60,975 nt of DNA, from assembly GCA_038326985.1 (NCBI GenBank), contig JBBQKQ010000004.1:1-60975 (forward strand). The letters run 5' to 3'. Made by a program: the position numbers and the translations under genes. Origin of the DNA: Minisyncoccia bacterium. Lineage in GTDB: Bacteria > Patescibacteriota > Minisyncoccia > Phycocordibacterales > UBA5272. Below, piece by piece: positions 37,458-46,313 of this stretch; position 1 is the first letter of the stretch; each line of letters opens with the position of its first letter. The notes beneath the pieces are model-generated. The model was not told where the DNA came from, did not search any database, and saw nothing but the letters and a program-made list of their open reading frames with translations.

Positions 37458-39466
37458 AAAAGATAGGTTTTGTAGTTTATTACCCATTTCAATGGTTTGT
37501 TCATAAAAATGTTTTTAATGAACTAAAAGAATACGCTGAAGTAATCATAGATCTAAGACCCCACTCAACTAGATTTGCTGGTAGTCATTTAAAATCCATT
37601 GAAGACTTGCTTAAAAAAAATAATGTTAAGTATAGAATTTTAGAATATGATGATTACGGAAATCATAGTTACTTGGAAAGTTTTTTTGCAGAATACTCTG
37701 CGCTTGTTTCACTCTGGGAATCAGGATGTATGAGAATTAAAGAAACTTCTCATCTGAAGAAAATATGTTTGACATATGGTTCGGGTAAGGAGCTAACTAT
37801 GGTAAGAAAAACTAGAGCTGTTTATGACCTTATTCTTGCATATGGTGATCGTGATTCAAAATTGTTTTCCTTGTTTACAACTACAAAAATTGTAGGCAAC
37901 CCAAAGTTTGACGACTATTTTAATAATATTTTTGATGAAGATTTAATTAAAGAATTAAATGATAAATTAGATAAAAAGAAAAAAACACTTCTTTATTTAC
38001 CAACCCATAGTGATCTATGTTCCATAGATGTTATCGCTCCTGAGCTAATTAAAATTAAGAATAAGTATAATATTATAGTTAAACTTCATTATTACACTGT
38101 GCAAGAATATCCTGAATTTGAATCACTATTTATTGACAATAAAATAATTACTTATAAAGATGACACTGATTTAATTACTCTTTTAAAACTAACAGATATT
38201 GTCCTTAGTGATAATTCTAGCGCTATATTTGATGCAATATTAGCAGATAAAAAACTTCTTATAACAAATTTTTTAGACCAGAATTTTTTAGATGAAGAAC
38301 ATAAAAAAATAAAAATCTTAAAAAGAGGAATTGCAGGTGCTTCAACCTATTCGGGAAGTATTGAAAATCAAATCAAGCAAAATAAAATGGTTGAAACTTT
38401 AGAAGATCCTGCAGATTTAGAATCTAAGTTGAACGGTATTTTTGAACTAGATAATTATAAAGAGAGTAGGATGAAAGTAAAAGAGGAATTATTTACATAT
38501 AGAGACGGTAAGTCTGCAAAAAGAGCGGCAGAAGAAATTATGAATTTACTAAATGGAAAAACAGTTTCTACTAAAGGTATTATGTATCACGCAAATTTAA
38601 ATACAGAAAATCTAAGTTCAAAGTTTTACAGTAATAATAATAGTTTAATAAAGGAGAATAGCATGTTGAGGCAACAAAGTTTCGAAATTTTAGATTTAAA
38701 TAATAAAAGACTAATTTTTGTCATAAATTCGAAAAACCATGATAAGTCTTTAGAAATAACCATTAAAAGTATTGAAAAATTAAACCTCATAAATTATAAA
38801 ATAATTGTGGTTAATGGTACTAAGAATAAAAAAATAAATTTAAATATTGTGCAAGTTAAGAATTTCCAAGAAATAAAAGAAGAAATATATTTAGAAAAAG
38901 AAGCAAAAATATTTTTTCTACAACGGGGAACAATAATTACAAAAAATTTTGTTGAAAAACATTTAATGCTTTATTCACAATATAAAAATTTAGTTACTAT
39001 AACTTCAAGGGTAAATTTTTTTTCAATCAGAGAAATAAATCCTAACTTAGTTTTTTTTGACAAGGTGTTATATAATTCTCATTTTGAAGAATTTAGTATT
39101 AATAAAAAATGTACAGAAATTAGTATTTTTGATGCTTTGAGTATAGACGCAAATTATTTTAATTTAACATCTCATTCTTTAAACTATAAAATAGATATGT
39201 TTACTGGCGCATCTTTATTTAAAAAAAATAGTAATATGTGTGTACACGCATACCTTAATATTTCGATTGATAATATTAACAATATTTCTGATATCGAAAT
39301 ATTTAAATACCTTTTTATTATTGGTTATTATGACTTTTTTGCTACTAATATAACTAGACAATTTAATTTTATGAGCACTTCAAACTTTTTTTTTAAATTA
39401 AGAGCAAAGTTTTATTATTTGTTAGGTTTTTATTATGCTATAGTTATGAGAAAAAATTTTTCATGA
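37454..39466 (+). CDS. CDP-glycerol/ribitol phosphotransferase (TagF/TarF-like) with C-terminal GT2-like remnant domain
   Basis: VGNPKFD, LLYLPT, VKLH, DIVLSDNSSAIFD, DGKSAKR; ATGA overlap with the upstream gene. Confidence 0.82.
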   Translation: MKKIGFVVYYPFQWFVHKNVFNELKEYAEVIIDLRPHSTRFAGSHLKSIEDLLKKNNVKYRILEYDDYGNHSYLESFFAEYSALVSLWESGCMRIKETSHLKKICLTYGSGKELTMVRKTRAVYDLILAYGDRDSKLFSLFTTTKIVGNPKFDDYFNNIFDEDLIKELNDKLDKKKKTLLYLPTHSDLCSIDVIAPELIKIKNKYNIIVKLHYYTVQEYPEFESLFIDNKIITYKDDTDLITLLKLTDIVLSDNSSAIFDAILADKKLLITNFLDQNFLDEEHKKIKILKRGIAGASTYSGSIENQIKQNKMVETLEDPADLESKLNGIFELDNYKESRMKVKEELFTYRDGKSAKRAAEEIMNLLNGKTVSTKGIMYHANLNTENLSSKFYSNNNSLIKENSMLRQQSFEILDLNNKRLIFVINSKNHDKSLEITIKSIEKLNLINYKIIVVNGTKNKKINLNIVQVKNFQEIKEEIYLEKEAKIFFLQRGTIITKNFVEKHLMLYSQYKNLVTITSRVNFFSIREINPNLVFFDKVLYNSHFEEFSINKKCTEISIFDALSIDANYFNLTSHSLNYKIDMFTGASLFKKNSNMCVHAYLNISIDNINNISDIEIFKYLFIIGYYDFFATNITRQFNFMSTSNFFFKLRAKFYYLLGFYYAIVMRKNFS

Positions 39467-39541
39467 TTAAGCAAATTAAATCATACGACTTTACTTTTAT
39501 TTATTATAATTTCAATTTGGTAAATAATTTTTTTAAAATAA

Positions 39542-40042
39542 AAAAATTGCCGCACCCCAAGCTTGGAGCACGGCAATTATCTTCTGTCCTGAATAGGACA
39601 TTTTATCGACGGTAGGAGTGGTACGACTCACGTCCGTTGGTGTACGTCACCACGTAGCTGATCCGTGCCCCTTCAGGGTTGCCCGACATTACTACGTAAG
39701 CACCCTGCACAGGGCTGACACATCGTTGACGCGGTGCCAGCACGTTGGCAGGAACCAGGCGCAGGGTAGTAGAATCTGGACCAGAAGACAGGCGGACCGA
39801 CATTGGAGTCGCTATTGCGAGGCAGTTGTCGACCCAATAAACTCCACTGATGGTGCCTACTGGTCTTTGAGTTATGGTGTTGGAACCAACCGTCACACAG
39901 CCCATGAGGAGCGGGAGGGCGAGGAAGAGTGATGCCACAGCCATTTTGAGTTCGTTCATATCACGTTTTCTCTACATTTTCAGGATGGGAAATCCACCTG
40001 ATGTGCTAGTATTTTATCATAAACCAAAGTTTTGTCAAGTAA
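39542..40042 (-). repeat. 501-bp high-GC cassette, copy 2
   Basis: Direct repeat of 35192-35692, offset 4350 bp. Confidence 0.95.
39603..39959 (-). CDS. Small lipoprotein, copy 2
   Basis: 118 aa; 9 amino-acid differences from copy 1, all in the mature domain. Confidence 0.8.
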   Translation of the reverse strand: MNELKMAVASLFLALPLLMGCVTVGSNTITQRPVGTISGVYWVDNCLAIATPMSVRLSSGPDSTTLRLVPANVLAPRQRCVSPVQGAYVVMSGNPEGARISYVVTYTNGRESYHSYRR

Positions 40043-40121
40043 TTATTAAAGGTAGTTATAGCTAATGGTTTAGATAAAAAGTTAAATATTTTAGATAGAG
40101 TTTAGGTGTTATAATTACGAA

Positions 40122-41003
40122 ATGTTCACAATAGAAGAAATTGTAAAAAATATTGAAATAAATAAAAAAGTGTTATTTAGTTTTTCTTCAGTAGAAAGTC
40201 TAATAAAAGTACATATAAATAATAATTCTAAAAACCCCGACTATAGCAGAATGGCATTTATAATTTTTGCACTGTCGAAGCTAAATAAAATTGGTAAACT
40301 AATTGAAAAAGAAAAAAAATATTTACAAGAAATTTTTGAAGAAATTTATAAACGATCTAGTGAGAGAAATAATTTTACAGAACATTTGTTTGTATGTATG
40401 TATGGGATGAGATTATTAAATAATCTAAACTTGGATTATGAATACATAATAGATGAGTTTTTGATGAGAGAAGTAAAGTTTTCAGTATTGTATACTTATC
40501 CTGTTACTATGTACATTTACATGGCAACATACAAAGAGTGTGAAATATTTAGAAAAAATTTTGATTATAGTGAGGCAATTTATAACAAGTGCAAACTGTG
40601 TTTTGAATTTATTTTGAATACTGACTTGAAAAATAAATATTTACCTTATCATTTTTCTGAACTAACTTCGCATAATTTTTTTGATGATGAAACAACTAAA
40701 AAATTTATCGATTTAATAAATGAAAAGTTTAATAATAACTACTTATCCTATAAATCTTATTCCTCGGGAATTGCTAAATGTATGGAAGATTTTTCAAGAA
40801 GAAATGACCATGATGCATTTAATTTATGTAGAGAGTATTTAAATGAAAGGAGAATTTCAAAATTTAAGAATTATCTAAGCCCTATGTTATGTAAATATTC
40901 TGAAGATATTTATTTTGAACAGCAGTCTTCGCAATATGTTTGCTTAGATACTAATGCACATTTGTTAATATCATATATAAATCTCTATGAAAAAACCCAG
41001 TAA
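40122..41003 (+). CDS. Helical hypothetical protein overlapping the YcaO gene start
   Basis: 293-aa ORF overlapping the YcaO start; TATAAT 6 nt upstream; C-terminal CLDTNAHLL. Confidence 0.7.
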   Translation: MFTIEEIVKNIEINKKVLFSFSSVESLIKVHINNNSKNPDYSRMAFIIFALSKLNKIGKLIEKEKKYLQEIFEEIYKRSSERNNFTEHLFVCMYGMRLLNNLNLDYEYIIDEFLMREVKFSVLYTYPVTMYIYMATYKECEIFRKNFDYSEAIYNKCKLCFEFILNTDLKNKYLPYHFSELTSHNFFDDETTKKFIDLINEKFNNNYLSYKSYSSGIAKCMEDFSRRNDHDAFNLCREYLNERRISKFKNYLSPMLCKYSEDIYFEQQSSQYVCLDTNAHLLISYINLYEKTQ

Positions 41004-42387
41004 CAATATTTTATTAAGGATAATTTTTGAATTTAGAAACCTTCGAAATACAAGTTTTAAGTATCAATTACAAAAGATTAGTTTTATAGAAGCGTGTAGA
41101 ATTATTTTTTATGAAAATTATGATTTTGAAAAAGCAGATCAACTATATATAAATTTAGTTGTAAAAAACTTAATAGAAATAGGTATTTTACATGCTGAAC
41201 CAATAATTTATAGTAAATATTATTTTGAAACTCTTATTTATCATGATATTTTTCTTAAAACAAGTGATAACTCAGTTTTTTGCCGTGGGACTTCTACAGA
41301 TAAAAGTACAGCTTACGCAAAAGCTATTGGAGAAGTTTTTGAAAGAACTTCTCTTAAATATAATTATGATAAAAATGTAATAGCAGAATCTGAAAATAAA
41401 TTAAGCATTTTAAATAAAAATTTTGTTAGCTTTAATAAATTTCCAAAGCCAACTTTCGAACAATTTGAAAAATTTCCTAATTTCAGGATTAGTATAAATG
41501 ATATTTTCTCATGGGTAAATACTAGAAAATACAAAGATAATCAAGAGGTATTAATACAAGCTCAAACGATTTTTTATAATAATTTTGTAAATTTCCCTAA
41601 TGAGAAAAATATTATTCAACAAACAACGCACGGCGCAGGTGCCGGCTACTCAGCTGAAAATGCTTTTTTTTCGGGCCTATTTGAGATTGGTAATAGGCAT
41701 TTTTTTTTAAAGTCTTGGTATATGAATACTAAAAATAATTTCGTAGATTTAAATTCTATACCACCTAATACTAGTCTTAGACTAAAAATAGATAACTTTA
41801 AAAAGCAAAATTTTAATATCAGTTTTTTTGATTACTCAAATGAGAGCAAAGTACCAAGCGTTATATGTTTTATAGAAAAATATGGATCGTATAGTGTAGG
41901 AGGATCTATGAATTTAAAGTTATTGGGTGCAATGGAAAGGGCTCTCGATGAAGCATTTTCTACCCATTTATGGAGTGTGCAAATAACAATGAAAGGTGGT
42001 AATAATTTAAATCAATTTAAAATTGATAATATCAAAGACTCATTTTCTGATAGTAAAATGGGAGATTCTTATTACAGAGTTCTTTTGTTTAACGATTTGT
42101 ATCATAATCAAAAAAACTTTAATATAAAAAATATAATAGGTGATAGTATTAACTATTCAGAAATTTATGATAAAAAAGATTTTGACTCTGCCTATAAGGA
42201 AATTGAAAAATATTTTAAAGATATTTATTATTATCAAGTAAAAAATGAGTATTTAAGTAATTATAATTATTTTGCAACAAGAGTTATAGTGCCAAATTCA
42301 TATTTTTTTGCATTGGATGAAATATATAGCCGACCTATTTTAAATAATATTTTACCATTAAACAAAAAAATTAATCCTTTCCCCTAA
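40987..42387 (+). CDS. YcaO-family protein
   Basis: RGTS...AYAKAIGEVFER, THGAGAG...A...GLFEIGNRH, AMERALDE, RVIVP, C-terminal NPFP. Confidence 0.85.
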   Translation: MKKPSNNILLRIIFEFRNLRNTSFKYQLQKISFIEACRIIFYENYDFEKADQLYINLVVKNLIEIGILHAEPIIYSKYYFETLIYHDIFLKTSDNSVFCRGTSTDKSTAYAKAIGEVFERTSLKYNYDKNVIAESENKLSILNKNFVSFNKFPKPTFEQFEKFPNFRISINDIFSWVNTRKYKDNQEVLIQAQTIFYNNFVNFPNEKNIIQQTTHGAGAGYSAENAFFSGLFEIGNRHFFLKSWYMNTKNNFVDLNSIPPNTSLRLKIDNFKKQNFNISFFDYSNESKVPSVICFIEKYGSYSVGGSMNLKLLGAMERALDEAFSTHLWSVQITMKGGNNLNQFKIDNIKDSFSDSKMGDSYYRVLLFNDLYHNQKNFNIKNIIGDSINYSEIYDKKDFDSAYKEIEKYFKDIYYYQVKNEYLSNYNYFATRVIVPNSYFFALDEIYSRPILNNILPLNKKINPFP

Positions 42388-42421
42388 TTAAATAAGAAAA
42401 TTAATATTTTTATCAATGATA

Positions 42422-43717
42422 TTACAAAAGGGTATTTGTCCTAAATGCATTATCTAAAGCAATTCTATTTCGCCTAGACCTTTGGCTATATACAGAAACA
42501 CGAGGTGATATACTAATTAAAGCAATTAAATAATTTGGCCTAGTAACACCACCCGATCTTCTTTGTCTAGCTGGTTTCCTATTTTCAGCGTCTAGAGTAC
42601 GTTTATAATCTAAATTTAATTCTAAAAACTTTTTAAAAGCCTCATATGCACGCACTGGTGAATGATGTGCCGCAGCAAGAAAATCTTCAACGTCCACTGT
42701 GGTTATTAAATTATTAGTAAAAGAGTTATCTAGAAGATGATCCAAATTCTCAATTTTATCTATTGCAAAAACCAAATTATTTAGTCCAAAAAGAAAAGCG
42801 GCTGCATGGTTATCTGCCATACGCAACTCTGATACATCTCTTGTGAGAGGTGTCCCTCCAGTTAAATATCTTGCCTGGAAAGTGATTGCATCACTCAAGG
42901 CTGGAGGTGTGAATTGGTAAGGTCCCATGGAAAGTAAGTCATCATTAAGGGCGGGAATAAAATCTAAAAACTTTGTACCAGCATGTTTTAGTAGAAAATC
43001 AAACATTGATATGCCGACTCTAACTGTACCATTGCTTGGAGGCATTATTTCTGTTAAAGAATAATTGAGAAGGGATTTGGAAGTGATGAAGCTTTGCAAT
43101 CTATCAAAGAGTCTTTTTTTTGAATTACTACTTTTAAATCTGTTTCCAATTGCGACAAAATTTATTTTTCTACGTAAACTATTTATTATAGTATTTATGT
43201 TTTCGTTTTCAGCACTAAGACTAGAAGAATTTTGATCACCAGTAGAATATTCACTAATAGCTTTTTGTGCAGCTTGAAGTAATGTTGGGGAATAGTCACC
43301 AGCATTTCTTTTATATCTTTCAAGTTTTGCTCGCCACATGATAGAGATATTTTTTCGAAAGTCAATATTTTCTACTTCTTTTGCACGACCCTCTATCCCC
43401 ATCATCATTTGAAACTCATGGGCAAAACTCACTCCTGTGAGCCGGCCCATATTTATTTGTTGGGGCGCAGGCTCAACATTCAAAAAATCCAGTCTTCTGT
43501 CAATGGTATTTTCTGGAGCTTGGGCCTGTGATACAGGGGGCGCAGACTGAATGCTATTTTCATTTTCAGGACTATCATCTTCTGTATCATTACTTAATTC
43601 TTTTATTGCTAAGCCTGCAACCGCTGCAACACCTAGTCCGGCTCCAATTAGAAACTTTCTTTTGCTCCTATCTACTTTAGGCTCAATTTTATTTTTTTTA
43701 TTAGAAAATTCCAACAT
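42422..43717 (-). CDS. Exported hypothetical protein with KRKFL + hydrophobic anchor
   Basis: 431 aa; SKRKFLIGAGLGVAAVAGLA; TATACT 6 nt before ATG. Confidence 0.75.
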   Translation of the reverse strand: MLEFSNKKNKIEPKVDRSKRKFLIGAGLGVAAVAGLAIKELSNDTEDDSPENENSIQSAPPVSQAQAPENTIDRRLDFLNVEPAPQQINMGRLTGVSFAHEFQMMMGIEGRAKEVENIDFRKNISIMWRAKLERYKRNAGDYSPTLLQAAQKAISEYSTGDQNSSSLSAENENINTIINSLRRKINFVAIGNRFKSSNSKKRLFDRLQSFITSKSLLNYSLTEIMPPSNGTVRVGISMFDFLLKHAGTKFLDFIPALNDDLLSMGPYQFTPPALSDAITFQARYLTGGTPLTRDVSELRMADNHAAAFLFGLNNLVFAIDKIENLDHLLDNSFTNNLITTVDVEDFLAAAHHSPVRAYEAFKKFLELNLDYKRTLDAENRKPARQRRSGGVTRPNYLIALISISPRVSVYSQRSRRNRIALDNAFRTNTLL

Positions 43718-43810
43718 AAATTAAGTATACTCCGAGTATTTATTTTTATCTAATTTTGTGTTAGAATAGTATAATCAAAAAATAAAAACAAATTAAATAC
43801 AAATATATTT

Positions 43811-45955
43811 ATGCAAAGAGACTATCCACTAAGTAAAGTAAGAAATTTCGGAATCATTGCCCACATTGATGCGGGAAAAACCACGACTTCAGAGCGTATT
43901 TTGTACTATACCGGTATGTCACACAAAATTGGTGAGGTGCACAACGGTGAGGCAACAACAGACTGGATGGAACAAGAAAAAGAAAGAGGAATTACTATTA
44001 CTGCCGCCGCTATTACTTGTTTTTGGACCCCTACGCACTCAATCGGGAATATTGGGGCAAAACACAGATTTAATATTATCGACACTCCAGGCCATGTGGA
44101 CTTCACCATTGAAGTAGAGCGATCGTTGCGTGTGCTTGATGGTGCAATCGTAACTTTTGATGGTGTAGCAGGAGCAGAGCCACAAACAGAAACAGTGTGG
44201 AGACAATCTGAGAGATACCACGTACCAAGAATTTGTTTCATAAATAAACTAGACCGAACAGGAGCCAGCTTTGATAAATCATACAAATCTATTCTTGAAA
44301 GATTGGATAAGCGTGCAGCTCGTGTGCAAATGCCGATAGGGCTTGAAGAAAATTTTCAAGGAATTATTGACCTAATAAAAATGAAAGCCTACTATTTTGA
44401 AGGTGACATGGGAATGAATGTTGTTGAAAAAGAAGTTCCAGCAGAATGCCTCGAAGAAGCAAATGCACTTCGAATCGAGATGATCGAAAAAGTTTCTGAA
44501 ACTGACGAAGAAATGATGATGAAGTATTTGGACGGTGGAACATTTTCTATAGAAGAAATAAAAGCGGCTATTCGAAAAGCTGTTATAGAAACTAAGTTTT
44601 TCCCAGTATTCTGTGGATCTGCACTAAAAAATAAAGGTGTACAGCTTATTCTCGATGCAGTAATTGATTATTTACCATGTCCTTCTGATGTACCACCACT
44701 AACCGGTACAAACCCCGACACAGAACTTGAAGAAACTAGAAAACCAGATGACTCGGAGCCGTTTACAGCTCTTGCATTTAAAATGATGAGTGACCCATTT
44801 ATTGGGCAGCTAGTATTTTTCCGTGTATATTCTGGGACGCTCGAAGCGGGAAGTTATGTTTATAACCCTCGTACAAACAGTAAAGAAAGAGTAGGGCGTA
44901 TAGTAAGAATGCAAGCAAATGACCGTGAGGAAGTTAAAAAAGTTTATGCTGGAGAAATTGCTGCAGCAGTAGGTCTAAAAGATGTGATAACTTCAGATAC
45001 ACTTTGTGATCAAGATAACCCGATTATTTTAGAAAAAATATTTGCATCGGAGCCAGTAATTTCACTTAAAGTAGAACCAAAAACAAGACAAGACCAAGAA
45101 AAAATGGGAATGGCCTTATCTTCTCTTGGAAAAGAAGACCCATCACTTCGTATAACTTCTGACGCAGAAACAGGTGAGACGGTAATATCTGGAATGGGAG
45201 AACTTCACTTGGAAATTATTGTTGACCGTATGAAAAGAGAATTTGGTGTGGAGTGTAATACCGGTAAACCTCAAGTAGCCTACAGAGAGTCAATTATGGG
45301 ACCTGGAAGTGCAGAAGGAAAATATGTAAAACAATCTGGTGGGAAAGGACAATATGGACACGTTTACATCAACATGAAACCAATTGTTCGAGGTATTTTA
45401 AAAGATGATTTACCTAAAAATGTTAAACGTGATGGTGATAACTTTGAATTTACAAACAATATCAAAGGTGGTTCAATTCCAAACGAATTCATCCCAGCAG
45501 TTGAGAAAGGTGCTAAAGAAAGTATGGATCGTGGAGTACTTGCGGGCTATAAAATGGTAGGAATTTCAGTTGAGCTTTATGATGGATCTTACCACGACGT
45601 GGACTCCTCAGAAATTGCCTTCAAGCTTGCAACTATGGAAGCATTCCGTGAAGCTGCCAAACGTGCTAAGCCAGTTATTTTGGAACCAATCATGAGTGTA
45701 GAGGTTGTTACACCTGACCAATTCTACGGAGATGTTTCTGGAAACCTTTCATCAAAGCGTGGACAAATAGAAGGCATGGAAGAGCGTGGGGTAAATAAAG
45801 CTATCAAAGCAAAAGTTCCTCTTTCAGAGCTGTTCGGATATGTTACAGAGCTCCGTGGTATGACTCAAGGACGTGCAAACCCTACAATGGAATTCTCGCA
45901 CTACGAAGTTGTACCTAAAAATGTTGAAGCGGAGATTATAAAATCTAGAGCTTAA
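43811..45955 (+). CDS. fusA: Elongation factor G
   Basis: [43 protein letters not shown]. Confidence 0.98.
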   Translation: MQRDYPLSKVRNFGIIAHIDAGKTTTSERILYYTGMSHKIGEVHNGEATTDWMEQEKERGITITAAAITCFWTPTHSIGNIGAKHRFNIIDTPGHVDFTIEVERSLRVLDGAIVTFDGVAGAEPQTETVWRQSERYHVPRICFINKLDRTGASFDKSYKSILERLDKRAARVQMPIGLEENFQGIIDLIKMKAYYFEGDMGMNVVEKEVPAECLEEANALRIEMIEKVSETDEEMMMKYLDGGTFSIEEIKAAIRKAVIETKFFPVFCGSALKNKGVQLILDAVIDYLPCPSDVPPLTGTNPDTELEETRKPDDSEPFTALAFKMMSDPFIGQLVFFRVYSGTLEAGSYVYNPRTNSKERVGRIVRMQANDREEVKKVYAGEIAAAVGLKDVITSDTLCDQDNPIILEKIFASEPVISLKVEPKTRQDQEKMGMALSSLGKEDPSLRITSDAETGETVISGMGELHLEIIVDRMKREFGVECNTGKPQVAYRESIMGPGSAEGKYVKQSGGKGQYGHVYINMKPIVRGILKDDLPKNVKRDGDNFEFTNNIKGGSIPNEFIPAVEKGAKESMDRGVLAGYKMVGISVELYDGSYHDVDSSEIAFKLATMEAFREAAKRAKPVILEPIMSVEVVTPDQFYGDVSGNLSSKRGQIEGMEERGVNKAIKAKVPLSELFGYVTELRGMTQGRANPTMEFSHYEVVPKNVEAEIIKSRA

Positions 45956-45960
45956 AAGAA

Positions 45961-45993
45961 GCCTCACCCCATCCCTCTCCAAAGAAGAGGGAG
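45961..45993 (+). repeat. GC-rich palindromic element (same family as the rsmA/murB inserts)
   Basis: GCCTCACCCCATCCCTCTCCAAAGAAGAGGGAG directly after the fusA stop. Confidence 0.7.
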
Positions 45994-46010
45994 TAACACA
46001 ATACTTTAAC

Positions 46011-46039
46011 AAAAAAATATCTTAGAAAAGATATTTTTT
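46011..46039 (+). terminator. Intrinsic terminator of fusA
   Basis: AAAAAAATATCTT-AGA-AAAGATATTTTTT inverted repeat followed by a T-rich tract. Confidence 0.6.
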
Positions 46040-46076
46040 GTTTTTGGTTATAAAAATGCTATAATGCTCTGCACAT

Positions 46077-46149
46077 GCGGGCATAGCTCAGTTGGTAGAG
46101 CAGTCGTCTTATACACGACCGGTCATAGGTTCGAATCCTATTGCCCGCA
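46077..46149 (+). tRNA. tRNA-Ile(UAU)
   Basis: Anticodon arm GTCGT-CT TAT AC-ACGAC; canonical D and T arms. Confidence 0.85.
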
Positions 46150-46175
46150 CAAAGGTTTTGTAAAATACCCCCCCC

Positions 46176-46205
46176 TTGACAACATAGAATCTCCTATGCT
46201 AGAAT
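46176..46205 (+). promoter_or_regulatory. sigma70 promoter of the toxin locus
   Basis: TTGACA-N18-TAGAAT with extended TG, preceded by a C8 tract. Confidence 0.65.
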
Positions 46206-46313
46206 ATGTTCACCGAAATGAGAGTTAAAACATTTCCCAAATTATAAGAGCTCAACAAAACCCGCTTTCCTTCACAGGTAGTCGGGTTATTTTTCTAAAA
46301 AAATTAAAATTAA

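Noticed and set aside
35268-39932. Plus-strand 104-aa ORFs in both cassette copies
   Set aside because: Antisense shadows in high-GC DNA; the promoter, lipobox and terminator all support the minus-strand gene.
35192-40042. DGR template/variable repeat pair
   Set aside because: Differences are not adenine-specific in one copy (C/T, G/C and reciprocal changes), the whole gene and promoter are duplicated, and no reverse transcriptase is present.
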